Source of the DNA: an uncultured Chloroflexia bacterium
GTDB lineage: Bacteria; Chloroflexota; Limnocylindria; QHBO01
Direction: 5' to 3'
DNA length: 64,000 bases
NCBI GenBank assembly: GCA_963720505.1
Contig: CAVRFT010000002.1
Location: forward strand, 105,589 to 169,588
Shown: positions 38,201 to 50,319 of the stretch, one piece after another
How the letters are laid out: each line of letters opens with the position of its first letter
Numbering within the stretch: the first letter of the stretch is position 1
Translations under genes and position numbers: made by a program
Notes under the pieces: generated by a model
What the model was told of the DNA's origin: nothing
Databases searched by the model: none
What the model saw: only the letters and a program-made list of their open reading frames with translations

Positions 38201-38872
38201 GTGGATGTCTTCGTCGCACTGATCACGGCGGCGATCGGGCTTCTTGCCCTGTTCTTCGGCTACCGCATATTCAAGCTGCTGCTGCCACTGCTCGGCTTCT
38301 TCGTCGGCCTGGTGGTCGGTGCGCAGGTCGTGGCCTCCATCTTCGGGGAGGGCTTCATGGCCAGCATCATCGGCGTGGTCGCCGGACTGGTCGTTGGCCT
38401 CCTGTTCGGAGCGCTGGCGTACGTCTGGTGGTGGCTCGGTGTGGTCCTGGTCTTCGCGGGCATGGGCTACGCGCTCGGCGTCTCCATCCTGCCTGCCTTC
38501 GGTCTGGATCTCGACTTTGTGAGCGTCCTCGTCGGCCTGGCGGTCGCGGCCGTCTTCGCCGTTGGCGCCATCGTCCTGCGCATGCCGAAGCTGATCGTGA
38601 TCGGCGTCACCGCCCTCTGGGGCAGCGGCGCCACGATCGCCGCCTGGCTCGTCTTCACCAACCAGATCGAGCCCGACCAGCTCGGCTACGGCGCCGTCAA
38701 CGCGGTGGTCGTCCAGTCAACCTTCTGGCTGATCGTGTTCTTCGCGGTTGCCGTGGTCGGCATGGCCTTCCAGCTGGCGAGCACCATGGAATACGAGCTG
38801 ATGTGGGACGAGGAATATCCCTGGGAGACCCCCGCCAGCCCCAGCACCCCGAGCGCTCCCAGCGCGCCCTGA
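38201..38872 (+). CDS. DUF4203/TMEM198-like membrane protein
   Basis: FFGYRIFKLLLPLLGF..TALWGS; AGGAGG RBS. Confidence 0.85.
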   Translation: MDVFVALITAAIGLLALFFGYRIFKLLLPLLGFFVGLVVGAQVVASIFGEGFMASIIGVVAGLVVGLLFGALAYVWWWLGVVLVFAGMGYALGVSILPAFGLDLDFVSVLVGLAVAAVFAVGAIVLRMPKLIVIGVTALWGSGATIAAWLVFTNQIEPDQLGYGAVNAVVVQSTFWLIVFFAVAVVGMAFQLASTMEYELMWDEEYPWETPASPSTPSAPSAP

Positions 38873-39066
38873 CCCAACGACCAGCCCGCAGGTCGACATT
38901 TGAACCGGGGGGTGACAGCCGGTCCACCCGCGACCGGCTGTCATGACGTGCGCAACCGGACACTTACTCGGCTACCCGACGGGGGATTCCGGCTCATCCC
39001 GGATGTGCGAGACTCCGCTCAGCCCGTGTCGGGTTGCGGCGGGCGTGGTTACGGATGGAGGACTCA

Positions 39067-39498
39067 ATGACGAGCGATTCCGAGCAGATGGACAAGGAAG
39101 CCGGCCGGGCCGTCGGCGCCGTTGGCATGATCTTCTTCGCCAGCGTGATGATGGTCATGATCGGCTTCTTCCACGCCATGTACGGCCTGGCGGCGATCCT
39201 GAAGGGCACCGCCTTCATCCCGACCCAGGAGACCATCTACGCGCTTGACGTCTCGACCTGGGGCTGGATCCATCTCATTGCCGGCATCCTGGTGCTGATC
39301 GCCGGGTGGTCGCTCTTCTCTGGCGCCACCTGGGCCCGCGTTGTGGGAATCACGCTGGCGCTGGTCAGCGCCATCGCCAACTTTGCCTCGATCCCGTACC
39401 AGCCGTTCTGGTCGATCCTGATCATCGTCCTCGACGTGCTGGTGATCTGGGCGCTGGCGGTGTACGGCGGCGAGCTGGGTGAGGGCCAGGCCGGCTAG
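39067..39498 (+). CDS. DUF7144-like 4-TM membrane protein
   Basis: WGWIHL..WARVVGI..NFASIPYQPFWS..DVLVIWAL. Confidence 0.85.
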   Translation: MTSDSEQMDKEAGRAVGAVGMIFFASVMMVMIGFFHAMYGLAAILKGTAFIPTQETIYALDVSTWGWIHLIAGILVLIAGWSLFSGATWARVVGITLALVSAIANFASIPYQPFWSILIIVLDVLVIWALAVYGGELGEGQAG

Positions 39499-39510
39499 CG
39501 GACCTTAGCC

Positions 39511-41333
39511 TCAGCCAAGCTCACGCAGGTTCTGGGTGATGACGAAGGCGCCGGCGACGAGCGCGGCGGCAATGACCAGCAGCACCCAGAAGTGAATCGC
39601 CAGGATCACCGAGGCAATCAGTGCGAGCGCGACGCTGATCGTGTTGACCAGCGCCACGACGGTGCCGCGCAGCACTGACTCGATGAAGACGAACGCCCCA
39701 ATCAGCACGATGGCGGCGATCACCCCGTAAGCCGGCGCGACCAGCAGGGCCACGACCAGGCCGATCAGCAGCAGCCCGATGCTGAGTGCTGCCCACAGCT
39801 CGAGCAGCCGACCATATGCAACCGAACCCGATGGCGTCGGCGTCGCGATGCGAGTGACGTGGGCGAGCGGCGCGTCCTGGATGCCGGCTGCCAGCCGTTC
39901 TCGCCGCCGATCGATCGCCTCAGTCCGGGGATAGGTCTCGGTCAGGGCCAGACGCTGCTCCCGGTTCCGACTGCGCAGCTCGGCGATCCGAGCTCGCATC
40001 GCCTCCGCCTCGTGCTGCAGGTTGGCGTCATGCCGGATCGCTTCCAATTCTGCGCCGGCCGCGACCAGCTGCTGTCCGATATCGTCGATCTCCTGACGCA
40101 GGACCTCTCGCTCGGCCACCACGTCCTTGGCGCGGGTCGCCAGCTCCTCCACCTCGTGTTCAGGCGGCGGCACGCGGTCCAAGCCGGAAAAGCCCAACGG
40201 ATCGAACCAGGAGCCACGAACCGAGCCGTCGCGGTTGAACAGGGGCCCGGCCGGCGCGTCCTCGCCCTGGAAGGGGTCCTGGATCGAGACACCCCACAGG
40301 CCGGCATAATCGAACGCCCACGCCTGGGTCTCGTCCAATAGCACCGGTGACCACTCCCTGGCCTCTCCAGGACCGACGCTCTCGCCATCACCCCGGGCGT
40401 AGTCGACGAAGGCGATGGGCACCAGCCGATGAGACCCCTTGTCGTCATCATCACCGGGGAACAGCCGGCCAATGGCGTCCGCGATGACGTAGATCCAGCG
40501 CGGCAGGCGAAGTTCCTGCTCCGCCAGATACTCACCTGGCAGGAAGTAGGATGCGTGTGAGCCCGCTCCGGCGAACACGACCGGGTGGCCGTCGATCACC
40601 TGCAGCTGGTCGGAGTCGTCCCAGCGCCGTCGCAGCGCCTCGCCGTGGTAGTCGTGTTGAGCATAGGCGGCCCAGCGAGGGACCTCTTCGCCCGTCGTCA
40701 TCCGTCGACAGGAAGAGGGTGATCTGCTCCCAATCCGCCTCGTGGTCGTTGGCGCCATGGAATGCGCTGCGCCAGTCGTTGTAGGCGTAGAAGAACCAGT
40801 ACTGCAGCACCGTCCAGCCGGCATCGCGGTAGACGCGCCCGTAGTACGGATGCGGCCCCTGGCGGGCGGTGGCCCGATACCACAGGGCGGAACTGCGAGC
40901 GATCCCGCCAGGCACGCGGCCCCGCAGCAGGAGCGACCCGGCAAACCCGGCATCAACGAAGCGTGACAGGTAACCCACGCGCGCCAGCCGCCCCGGGCCG
41001 CGCCGAAAGCCCTCCGCCTGGGCACGCTGACCCGGCAGTAGGGCGCGGGCCATGTCAGCCGCCGATGCCTCCGTTGCCACGTTCAGGAACGTGCGGCCCG
41101 TCGACGCCTCCGGCCACCAGCTCCCCGATATTGGTCTCATTGAGCTCGCCCGGCTGCGCCAGGGCGTGCACCTGGCCATTCGCGTCGCGCTCCCAAAGCG
41201 TGGCGTGGGCGAGGTAGGTGCCGACCTCCATGGGGAAGAACGTTTCGCCCCGGGTGTAGCGCACGATCGGCTCGTGCCGCCGCAGCAGCTCCAGGTCCGC
41301 GGAGCCGGTCTTTCCAGCTGAGCTGTCGTTCAT
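39511..41333 (-). CDS. Large membrane-anchored protein with an HEADWE (Vps62/NPP1-like) domain and coiled coil (frameshifts)
   Basis: PIVRYTRGETFFPM; LQYWFFYAYNDW..NDHEADWE; GSHASY; C-terminal TMs. Confidence 0.7.
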
Positions 41334-41729
41334 TGCCCGTCCGCTCGGTAGGCGTGACGCATCGCGCGCGAGCTGAGCAGGAAGACGACCACCACCCCCA
41401 GCGCCATGCCGATCCAGCCAGGCTCCCCGATCCACCACAGCACCAGGAAGTAGCCGACGTTCCAGCCGGCCAGCGACATGGCCAGGATCCAACCGAAGCG
41501 CATGCCCGACACCAGCCCAACCGTCGCGATGAGGTTCAGCACGGCGAAGAGGTCGCGACGTCCGGCAGCCGGGCATGGACACCGCAGATCGCGAAGGAAT
41601 GGGAAGGCGCTGAGCGCCTGGTAGGCAGCCTCCGGCAAGGAGGATGACCAAGACCGGCAACAGCAGCAGCATGCGGGGCCGCGGGCGTTGGATCGCCTCG
41701 TCGTCCAGGTGTGCGCTCGAGCCGGTCAT
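41330..41729 (-). CDS. Hypothetical membrane protein (frameshifted)
   Basis: Hydrophobic segments in two frames, ATGA overlap with the next gene. Confidence 0.55.
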
Positions 41730-41790
41730 GGCGCCATCATGATGGAAATTCGGTCCGGCGCCAGACGTCCCCTGGGGGACCGGTGGGACG

Positions 41791-42341
41791 TCAGTCCATA
41801 CGGAAGGCCATGATGATCGAGGCGATGCCACCGACCAGGATGAACGCCCCGAGCACGACCGGCAGGCCACCAGCGCTGCCACGAGCGAGTTGAAGATCAG
41901 CGCCAGGCCGATGACGATGTCCACCGCGCCCAGGATGCCCAGGCCCCAACCGCCTCCGGCACTGAAGGCGCGTACCAGGTTCATGACGCCGAAGGCCAGT
42001 GCCAGAATGCCCATGAAGATGACCAGCGTGCTGGTGACCAGGATGCTCGAGTAGAGCGGATGCTGGATCACGGCCATGCCGGCGACAATCCCCAGGATGC
42101 CGCCGAAGATCTTCCAGCCCCACTGGCTGCGGTCCCAGATCAGTGAGACCAGGCCGATGGTGCCGCTGATCAGCCAATAAAGAGCCAGGAACTGGATCAG
42201 GATGACGGTGCTGGCACCCGGGGCCAGCAAGAGCATGAGGCCGAGCAGGATGCCCGCCACGCCCTGGATGACGATCAGCCATTTCATTGGAGCCAGGTCG
42301 TCGGCAACTGATGGCGGCTCGGGTGACACGCTCTCGGTCAT
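41791..42341 (-). CDS. HdeD/DUF308 membrane protein (frameshift near 41870)
   Basis: IQGVAGILLG..YWLISG..GILGIVAG..IIMAFR. Confidence 0.88.
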
Positions 42342-42523
42342 CGGGTCCTCCAGTTCGGGATCGGAGCCTCCGTGCCCCGATCGAGCGCGGCAAGTGTACG
42401 CGGGACTCACAACCGGGCCGGTCGACAATCGGGAGCTCATGAGCAGGAACCTGGCCGGCGCTGCGCAGGTTGCTTGCCATCTCTGCGTAGCGTGGCACGC
42501 GACGTGATCTCTAGGATGGCGCC

Positions 42524-43148
42524 GTGCGCACGCTGGGTTGGTTGCTGGTCGTCTACGCGGCCCTTGGGCTGATGCTGCTGGTGGCCGCCGTGGCGGTGGG
42601 CCTGCCGATGGTGGCCCGCGTCCAGCGGATCGCCGACTCGGCCAGCGGTTCGATCGCGGCCGCCGCCGGCTCCGCGCGGGCCGCCAGCCAGGCACTGGCG
42701 GGCTTCGATGACAGCCTCGCGCAGGCCCAGCAGTCGCTCGTCAGACGCCGCCACGCTCAGTCGGGATGCGGCTCGCACGCTGGACAGCCTGTCGACCGCC
42801 ATGAACGTGTCCATCCTGGGCACGCAGCCGCTCATCGGGCTGGCCGACGACTTCGCGGCGAGTGCCGACCAGCTGGCTCAGCTGGGTGACAGCCTGGAAG
42901 GGATCGGCGAGGCGATGGCCACCAGCCAGGGCGACGTGGATGACGTGTCGGTCGAGCTGCAGGGACTGACGGATCAGCTGACCGAGTTGGCCGGCGCGAC
43001 GGAAGCGGAGCTGGCGGGAGCCGATCCGCCACTGACCTGGCTCTTCGCGGGCTTCCTGGCCTGGCAGGGGGTGCAGGTCGTCGCGGCCGGGTTGGCCGGG
43101 ATGCTGATGCTGCGCAACACCTCCGGGAGGTCCGCGGAAGGCTCCTAG
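42524..43148 (+). CDS. Membrane-anchored coiled-coil protein, leaderless (frameshift near 42740)
   Basis: TAGGAT 6 nt before GTG; TM-helical-TM layout. Confidence 0.7.
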
Positions 43149-44356
43149 ACGCGCCGCCTCAGGCGGCACCGCGCAGGATCGCGCGCATGCGCAGCGAGCG
43201 AGACGAGATAGAGCACCACGCCGATCCCGACCAGGGCGGCGATCATCCACGGCTGGGTCACCATTCCCCGCAGCATGGCGTCCTGCAGGGTGGCGATGCC
43301 ATGGGTCACCGGCAGCACGTAGGCCAGGTATTGCACCGGACCGATGAAGTCCTGCACCGGCAGCACGAAACCGCTGAAGAAGACGGAGGCCAGCAGCACG
43401 AGCATGGCCAGCTGCACGGCCATCCGCTCCGAGTCGGCCAGCAGCGAGATGAGCAGGCCCACGCCCAGCGAGGCAAAGGTCAGCAGCAGGACGATCAGGA
43501 TGGCCTCGAGGTAGCCACTCAGCACGGGGACCTGCAGCCCGAAGATCATCAGCGCGCCCACCACGGCGGTCACGAACAGGCTGAGCAGGGCGAAGGCCAC
43601 GTATTTGCCGGTCAGCACCTCGATCGCGTTGACTGGCGCCACCCGGAACAGGTCGATCTGGCCGCTCAGCCGCTCACGCACCATCGACAGCGCGCTGAGG
43701 GTGATGGCCAGGTGCTGGATGACGAGCGCCAGCACCGCCGGCCCGAAGAAGTTGAGGACGCTGGGCTCGGTGGGCGCCACGTTCTGAGTCTTGGCCGTGG
43801 TGGGCTCGGCGATGACGTCCGGCGACAGGTTCTCTACCCGCGGACCGAGCTCGCTCTCGGCGATGTCGATGCCCTCTGCCGCGGCCTGGCGGATGATCTC
43901 CGCATTCAGGGCGCTGACCATGGTCGATACCGCCAGCCGGGCGAGTCCGTCGTAGATCGGGTCAACCTGGTTCCAGGCCACGCCGATCTCCGTCTGCTCC
44001 CCCTTCCGCAGCTGCTCGGCGGCGTCCTCCGGCGCGACCACCACCAAATCGGTCTCCAGGTTCTCGAGTCGCTGAATGGCGGCCTGGCGATCATCGGTCA
44101 CCGCCGTCACCTGGATGCGGCCCGGCGCCAGGTCCTGGTAGAACTCGGTGTCGCGGGGCAGGTTGGAGCCCGGCGGAATGACGACCTCGGTGGCGAATGG
44201 CTGTCGCTGGCCCGTGTAGCCGAGACCGAAGAGCAGCATCACCAGGAACGGTCCCAGCACCAGCGCAAACAGCATGCCAGGGCGGCGCAGCGTCTCGCGC
44301 AGCTCCTTGCCGGAGAAGGAGGTGATCCGCACGAGGCTGCGCCAGAGGTCACCCAT
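43145..44356 (-). CDS. ABC-2 type transporter permease
   Basis: SFSGKELRE..MVRERLSG..FFSGFVLP..LPVTHG. Confidence 0.9.
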   Translation of the reverse strand: MGDLWRSLVRITSFSGKELRETLRRPGMLFALVLGPFLVMLLFGLGYTGQRQPFATEVVIPPGSNLPRDTEFYQDLAPGRIQVTAVTDDRQAAIQRLENLETDLVVVAPEDAAEQLRKGEQTEIGVAWNQVDPIYDGLARLAVSTMVSALNAEIIRQAAAEGIDIAESELGPRVENLSPDVIAEPTTAKTQNVAPTEPSVLNFFGPAVLALVIQHLAITLSALSMVRERLSGQIDLFRVAPVNAIEVLTGKYVAFALLSLFVTAVVGALMIFGLQVPVLSGYLEAILIVLLLTFASLGVGLLISLLADSERMAVQLAMLVLLASVFFSGFVLPVQDFIGPVQYLAYVLPVTHGIATLQDAMLRGMVTQPWMIAALVGIGVVLYLVSLAAHARDPARCRLRRRV

Positions 44357-45351
44357 CGGCCGATTCCTTCTCCCGACCTCGCCCGGGTGGTCGTCGTCGG
44401 TCGCGCGCTGCCGTTGCACCAGCTGGGTGAAGACCTCGTCAAACGACGGCTGGTGCTCCTCGACGCTGACCAGGGCAATGCCCGCCGCCCGGAAGGCCTC
44501 GATGAGGCGGGGCGTGGCGAGGCCCGCCTGGGTGACCGTCACGATCAGTCGCCGGTCCCCTGCCTGCTGCACGGCGATGACCTCCGGCACGTTGGCCACC
44601 AGCTGCGGGTCGATAGGCTGCTCGGCGTCCACCTGGAGCACGTCGCCGCCGAACACGCTGCGACGCAGCTCCTCCGGCGCGTCGAGGGCGATCAGCTTCC
44701 CCTCGGCCAGCAGCGCGACGCGGTCGCAGTACTCCGCCTCGGCGACGTACTGGGTGGTGACCAGCAGGGTCCGGCCCTCGTCGCGCATGGCACGCAGCTC
44801 GTCCCAGATGGCGCGCCGCAGCAGCGGGTCGATGCCGGCCGTCGGCTCGTCGACGAACAGGACCTGGGGGTCGTGGACGATGGCACAGGCCAGCTCCAGG
44901 CGCCGCTGCATCCCGCCCGACAGGTCGCCGGCACGGCGATCGCGCGCGTCCCATAGGTCGACCACGGAGAGCGCGCGCTGGATGCGACCACGACGACCGA
45001 ACCACGAGATGCCGTACAGGGCGGCGACGAACCCGACATTCTCCCTGGCGGTCAGGTCGGGATACAGCGAGAAGAGCTGCGGCATGTAGGCGATCCGCTC
45101 ACGCGTCTTGCGGCTGAACCGCTGCGGATCCTCGCCCAGCACCTCGCGCTTCCCCGTGGGTGGGGCGCAGGGTTCCGGTCAGCAGACGCACGGTCGTGGT
45201 CTTGCCGGACCCTGATGGACCGATGAGGCCCAGGATGCTGCCGGCCGGGACCGCCATGCTCACGTCACGGACGGCCCACAGGCCATTGAACCGGCGACTG
45301 ACGCCGGACATCGCGATGACGGGGTCGACGCCCTCCGAGGATTGCGGTCAC
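44357..45351 (-). CDS. ABC transporter ATP-binding protein (frameshifts, reads in frame into the permease)
   Basis: GPSGSGKTT, LSGGMQRR, VDEPTAG. Confidence 0.92.
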
Positions 45352-45402
45352 GAGGGCGGCCAAATGCAAGCCCCGTGCCGCGTGGCCTCAGGTGGGAAGC
45401 GG

Positions 45403-45711
45403 TCAGCGCGACCAGTCGATCGAGGACGAGACGGTGCCCAGCACGCGCCGGATCTCGCCCCGATAGCGGGTCCCGGACGGGTGCTTCTCCAGCCAGCGCA
45501 GGTAGTCGGGATCGGCGCCGGCCAGCTCCTCGATGGTGCGCCCGGCGTAGTGGCCGAAATCGAGCCGGGTGGGGTCGAACGACGAGGATGCGTTGCCCGG
45601 CCCTACCGGTCGGAGCCGATCCTCCTCGATCTCGAATGCCTGATCTGCCCCCATCCCCATCTGCCATCGCTGCCTCCGTCTGGCCAGGGAGCGTGGTCGG
45701 TTCGGCGGCAT
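45403..45711 (-). CDS. Small protein with LDFG-Y-G...DPDYLRWL motif (DUF3820-like)
   Basis: RLDFGHYAGRTIEELAGADPDYLRWL. Confidence 0.7.
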   Translation of the reverse strand: MPPNRPRSLARRRQRWQMGMGADQAFEIEEDRLRPVGPGNASSSFDPTRLDFGHYAGRTIEELAGADPDYLRWLEKHPSGTRYRGEIRRVLGTVSSSIDWSR

Positions 45712-45749
45712 CCTACGCTCGGCGCATCGACCTCGCAACGCCTTTTGCG

Positions 45750-47389
45750 CTAAGCCCGATGGACTTCGCGACCCCCGACCAGCGTGAGGTCCGCGCCGAT
45801 ATCGGCCAGCGCGTCATCGGCCCTCATGAGGGTGGCCAGGTCGACGTTCAGCACCGCCAGGTCGGCGTGAGCGCCCGGCCGCAGATGGCCCTCATCGGTG
45901 AGGCCGGCCGAGACCGCGGACCCAATGTGTACGCCGACAGGGCGGCCTCCACGCCGATCGCCTGTTGCGCCTGCCAGTCCGGGGTCCCGTCGCGCGGAAA
46001 GCGACGGTGCACGGCGGCGAAGATGCCGGTCCACGGGTTGGGCGACTCGATCGGCGCGTCGGAGCCGAACGCCAGCCGCGCCCCCGCCGCGCGCAGGGCG
46101 GCCACCGGATACGCGTCTGGCCAGACGATCGGCCCAGCACGCCTCCACCATCGGCCGGTCGGCGGCGCAGTGCACCGGCTGCATGCTGGCCGTGATGTCG
46201 CGCGTTGCGAGCCTGGGCAGGTCGGCGGGCCGCACCAGCTGCAGGTGCTCGATTCGGTCCGGGGGCGTTTCCGCGCCGCGGGGCGACGGCTCGTTCGAAG
46301 GCATCCAGCACGTCCGCAACGCCACGGTCGCCGATGGCATGGATGGCCAGACCGATCCGCGCCGCCCGGCCCGCGGCGATCAGCGCGTCGAGCTCGTCGG
46401 GTGACAGGCGCGGGATGCCTGTCTGGCCCGGGCGGGCCGCAGGTGTAGGGCTCGAACACCGCGGCCGTGCGCGAACCGAGCGCGCCGTCCACGAACGCCT
46501 TCGCCCAGCCGATGCGCACCGACCGCTGCCCTCGACGGACGCGCCGCTTCGCAGTCCCAGCTCGGCGGCGTCGGCAATCGCTTCGGCAGGCAGGTTCACG
46601 GTCAGCCGCAGCCTGCCCTCCAGCCGGTCGCGCAGCGAGAGCAGCGCCGATGCGCGGTCACCCAGCGCCGCGTAGGGCCCCTGCCGCCATCGGGCGTCGA
46701 GTCGCCCGCATCGACCACCGCGGTCACGCCCAGCGCCGCCAGGTCCGCGACGGTCTCGTCCACGGCGCGCGCCAGCTCCTCGCCATTCAGCCGCTCGGCG
46801 ACGGACGTCCACCGGTCGGTCGCCGTCTCGCGCAGCACGCCGGACAGCTCGCCATCGGGCTCGCGCTCCAGCCGTCCACCGGCAGGATCCGCGGACGACC
46901 GGTCCAGGCCGGCGCGCCGCAGCGCCGCCGAGCGAGGCCCACGCCGAGTGGCCGTCGTGGCTGTACAGCAGCGCCGGGCGGCCGCCGACAGCGTGGTCGA
47001 GCGTCTCGCGGTTCGCTCCGGTCATGGCGTGCTCGCGCCAGCCACGCCCTCGCAGCCAGGCATCGGTCGGCAGCCGCTCGGCGCCGGCGCGCAGCAGGCT
47101 CGCCAGCGCGCCGATGTCGGCGGCGTCGTCCAGCAGCGACCTCGCGCCGCGCGCGCGCCATGCCGACCAGGTGCAGGTGGAAGTCGCGCAAGCCGGGAAC
47201 CACCGCCCGACGGCCCGTCGTCCAGCGGGTCGCTCCGGCGCGCGCGGCGTCCAGCACCTCGTCCCGCGTGCCGGCGCTCACCACGCGCCCATCGGCGATC
47301 CCGATCGCCTCGGCGGTGACCAGGCGGTCCGCCTCGGCAGCGATCACGACCTGGCCGATCACCACGGTGCCGGCGCGCGGCGGGCTCAT
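45750..47389 (-). CDS. Amidohydrolase 3 (YtcJ-like), many frameshifts
   Basis: [43 protein letters not shown]. Confidence 0.9.
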
Positions 47390-48700
47390 CGGTCCACCAT
47401 CGAGCGTCGCGCGGTCCGGGCGAAGTCCGTGGTCGGCGGCCAGAGCGCGATGCGCAGCAGGGCGGCGGGGACCACCAGCAGCCAGTGGCTGAGGAACAGG
47501 GCGCCGCGCAGGCTGCGGCCGAGGAGCCGCACCGAGCGTTCGCCGGCGGCCGCCAGCCCGGCCAGGCCGAACAGGTAGGTGCCGAGCAGGTACGCGATGA
47601 ACAGGGTGACCGGCACCGTCCAGTCGGCCGGTCGCGGCAGGACCACCGTCACCAGGCTGGCGACGATGGACGCGGCGAAGAGCGGCGGGATCACGAACTC
47701 ACCGACGAAGACGATGAAGTCCAGCCGCCGCCCGAGCGGCAGGGCGCGATTGGCGACCAGCGGCGGGCCCGAGCTCGATCAGCCGTCGCAGGCTGCCCTC
47801 CGCCCAGCGCATGCGCTGCCGCCACAGGGCGCCCAGCCGACTCGACCGCCTCCTCCACCACCGTGACCTCCGGCGCCAGCGCCACGTGCTCGCCGTGCAG
47901 GGTGAGGCGGGTCGACATCTCGAGGTCCTCGGTCAGCGCCGTCGGCGACCAGCCACCGACCGCCTCCAGCCGCTCGCGGCGAATGAGCATCCCGTTGCCG
48001 CGCAGCTCGGCCGTGCCGTCGGTCGACCAGCGGCCGCACTGGCTGGCCATGTCCATCAGCTGCTCCTCGTCCTGGGCCGCGGTCAGCCAGCCGCATGCGC
48101 CGGTTGGCGTCCCGTCGCTGCACCTGGAGCGCGGCCGCACCCGGGTCACGCGACCAGGCGGCCATGGCGCGCGACAGGAAGTCGGCCGGCCAGGTGCGCG
48201 TCGGCGTCGATCACGGCCACCACCTCGCCACGGACCTGCGGCTGCGCCCAGGCCAGCACCGCGCCCTTGGTGCGCGGGCCGGTGCCGGGCTCACGGCGGC
48301 AGACCGTGACCGCATCCGGCGCCGACGCGGCGGCCGCGCGGGCCAGCTCGCCGGTGCCGTCCGACGACCCATCGTCCAGGATCAGGACGTCGAAGCGCCG
48401 CCGGCCGGCATCGGCGTAGTCCTGCGCCAGCAGGTCGGCCACGACCGTGGCGATCACCGGCGCCTCGTCAGCGGCCGGAACCAGGACCGTCACCCACGGT
48501 CGTTCGCCAGCATCCGACGCTGGCTCCAACCGGGCGTCGCGCATCACCCGCAAGCCGCGCCAGGCCAGAAAGCCGACGTAGAGCAGCGAGAGACCGATGG
48601 CTCCCTGGAGCAGCCGCGCAACGGGCCAGGCGCTGATGGCGAGCCAGGCGATGAGCCCCGAGGCGACAAGGATGGCTGCGGCCGGGAGCCTACTGCGCAT
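47386..48700 (-). CDS. Glycosyltransferase family 2 (frameshifted)
   Basis: VLVPAADE, DDGSSD, DAD, TEDLEM, RQRMRWA. Confidence 0.9.
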
Positions 48701-50107
48701 CCTCGCCCGCCACGCTGGGCTCGGGCTGGGTGCCGCCTGAATGCAGGCCGGCGGCGGCGTTGTGCCGCCACGAGGCGATGCCGATCCACAGCGTGAGCGC
48801 GCCCAGCACCGCCATCACGACCGGGATGCCCGCCCCCTTGAAGACGAGGTTGATGCAGGTCGGCCGCGACCGGCGCAATCAGCACGGGCAGGAACGACGC
48901 GACCGACAGCAGCGTGTTGAGGATGCCGAAGATCCGTCCGCGGACGTCGACCGGCAGCTCCTCCTGCAGGGCGGTCTGCGACGGGATGGCGACGAAGGCG
49001 TACTCGATCCCTGCCGAGACGCGCGATCAGGACGACCACGGCGATGAGCGACAGCAGCGGCGCCAGCGCGTCGGGCAGGTTGCTCTCGATCGGTGCCGAG
49101 GGCGGGCGCCACGGCCGAGGTGACCGGCTTCACCAGGGCCAGGCCGATGAGGGTGATGCCCATCGCCACCAGCCCGATGTCGATCACCAGGCGGCGCGGG
49201 ATGCCCTTGCCGTAGGCGTTCAGGAAGAGGATGCCGATCACGGCGCCCAGGCCGGCCGGTCCCATGATGAAGAAGAAGTCCTCGGGCGTCAGCTCGAGGA
49301 TGTCGGTGGCGAAGCCGGGGCCGATGGCGCCCATCACCGCCGATCAGGCTGGCCGCGATGCCCAGGTAGCCAAGCGACCAGGCGATGCGCCGATGGCTGC
49401 GCACGAACTGGATGCCCTCCTGCACCTGGTCGATCACCGCGCGCAGCGCATGCACCGTCGTCTCGGTGACGAGCGCCTCCACGCGCTCGGGGCGGACCGA
49501 CGGCAGCGGCACGATGGCCAGCGCCGCCAGGCCGAACATGACCGCCACCACGACGAAGACCGCGTCAGCCCCGGCCGTCGTCAGCAGCAGCGGCCCAAGG
49601 AACCCGAAGCCGATGGCGAAGGTCGCGTTCACGGTCAGCACGAAGATCGAGTTGGCCGCCATCAGGTTGCGCCGATCCACGAGGCGCGGCATGGCAGTCA
49701 GCTCCGCCGGCGCGAAGAACGCGGTGACCGTGGCGATGAAGAAGTTGATCACCAGGATCAGGCCGACGTGCGTGCCGACGAAGATGAACAGGACGGTTCC
49801 GCCTGCCCGCAGCAGGTTGGAGCCGAGCATGATGATGCGCGCGTCGCTGCGCTCGACGAAGACGCCGGCCACCGCGCTGAAGATGACCGCCGGCACCAGG
49901 AAGGTCAGGATCAGCACCGCGTTGGCCGTGTTCGAGCCGGTGGCGCTCACGACGGTTGCCATCAACGCGGCCAGCACCATGTTGCTGGCCAGCTGGCTCA
50001 GCAGCTGCGCCACCCAGAGCAGCACGAAGTTGCGGTTCTGGAACGACGCTGCCGGCGCCCGACAGGTCCTGGCTGCCGATGTCCTGCGGCAGCTCCAGCT
50101 CGGTCAC
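48690..50107 (-). CDS. MFS transporter (frameshifted)
   Basis: NFVLLWVAQLLSQLA, GVFVERSD, FFAPAE, RGRIFG. Confidence 0.88.
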
Positions 50108-50319
50108 GCCGTCGGCCTCGCGGGCCGTGCTCGCGGTGACCGGTGTAGCGCCGCTCGACATCCAGCCGGTCCATCAGGATCCGATGGCCGCAGCCGGCGC
50201 AGACCAGGCCGATGTCGGCGCCGATGCGCTGCACCCGCCACTCCCGGGCTCCGCACGGATGCTCCTTGCGAAGCGAGATCAGGTCACCGACGCGCAGCTC
50301 GACGGCCGGCCAAGGTCAC
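50104..50319 (-). CDS. DUF951 family protein (frameshifted)
   Basis: VGDLISLRKEHPCG..RIGADIGLVCAGCGHRILM. Confidence 0.88.
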
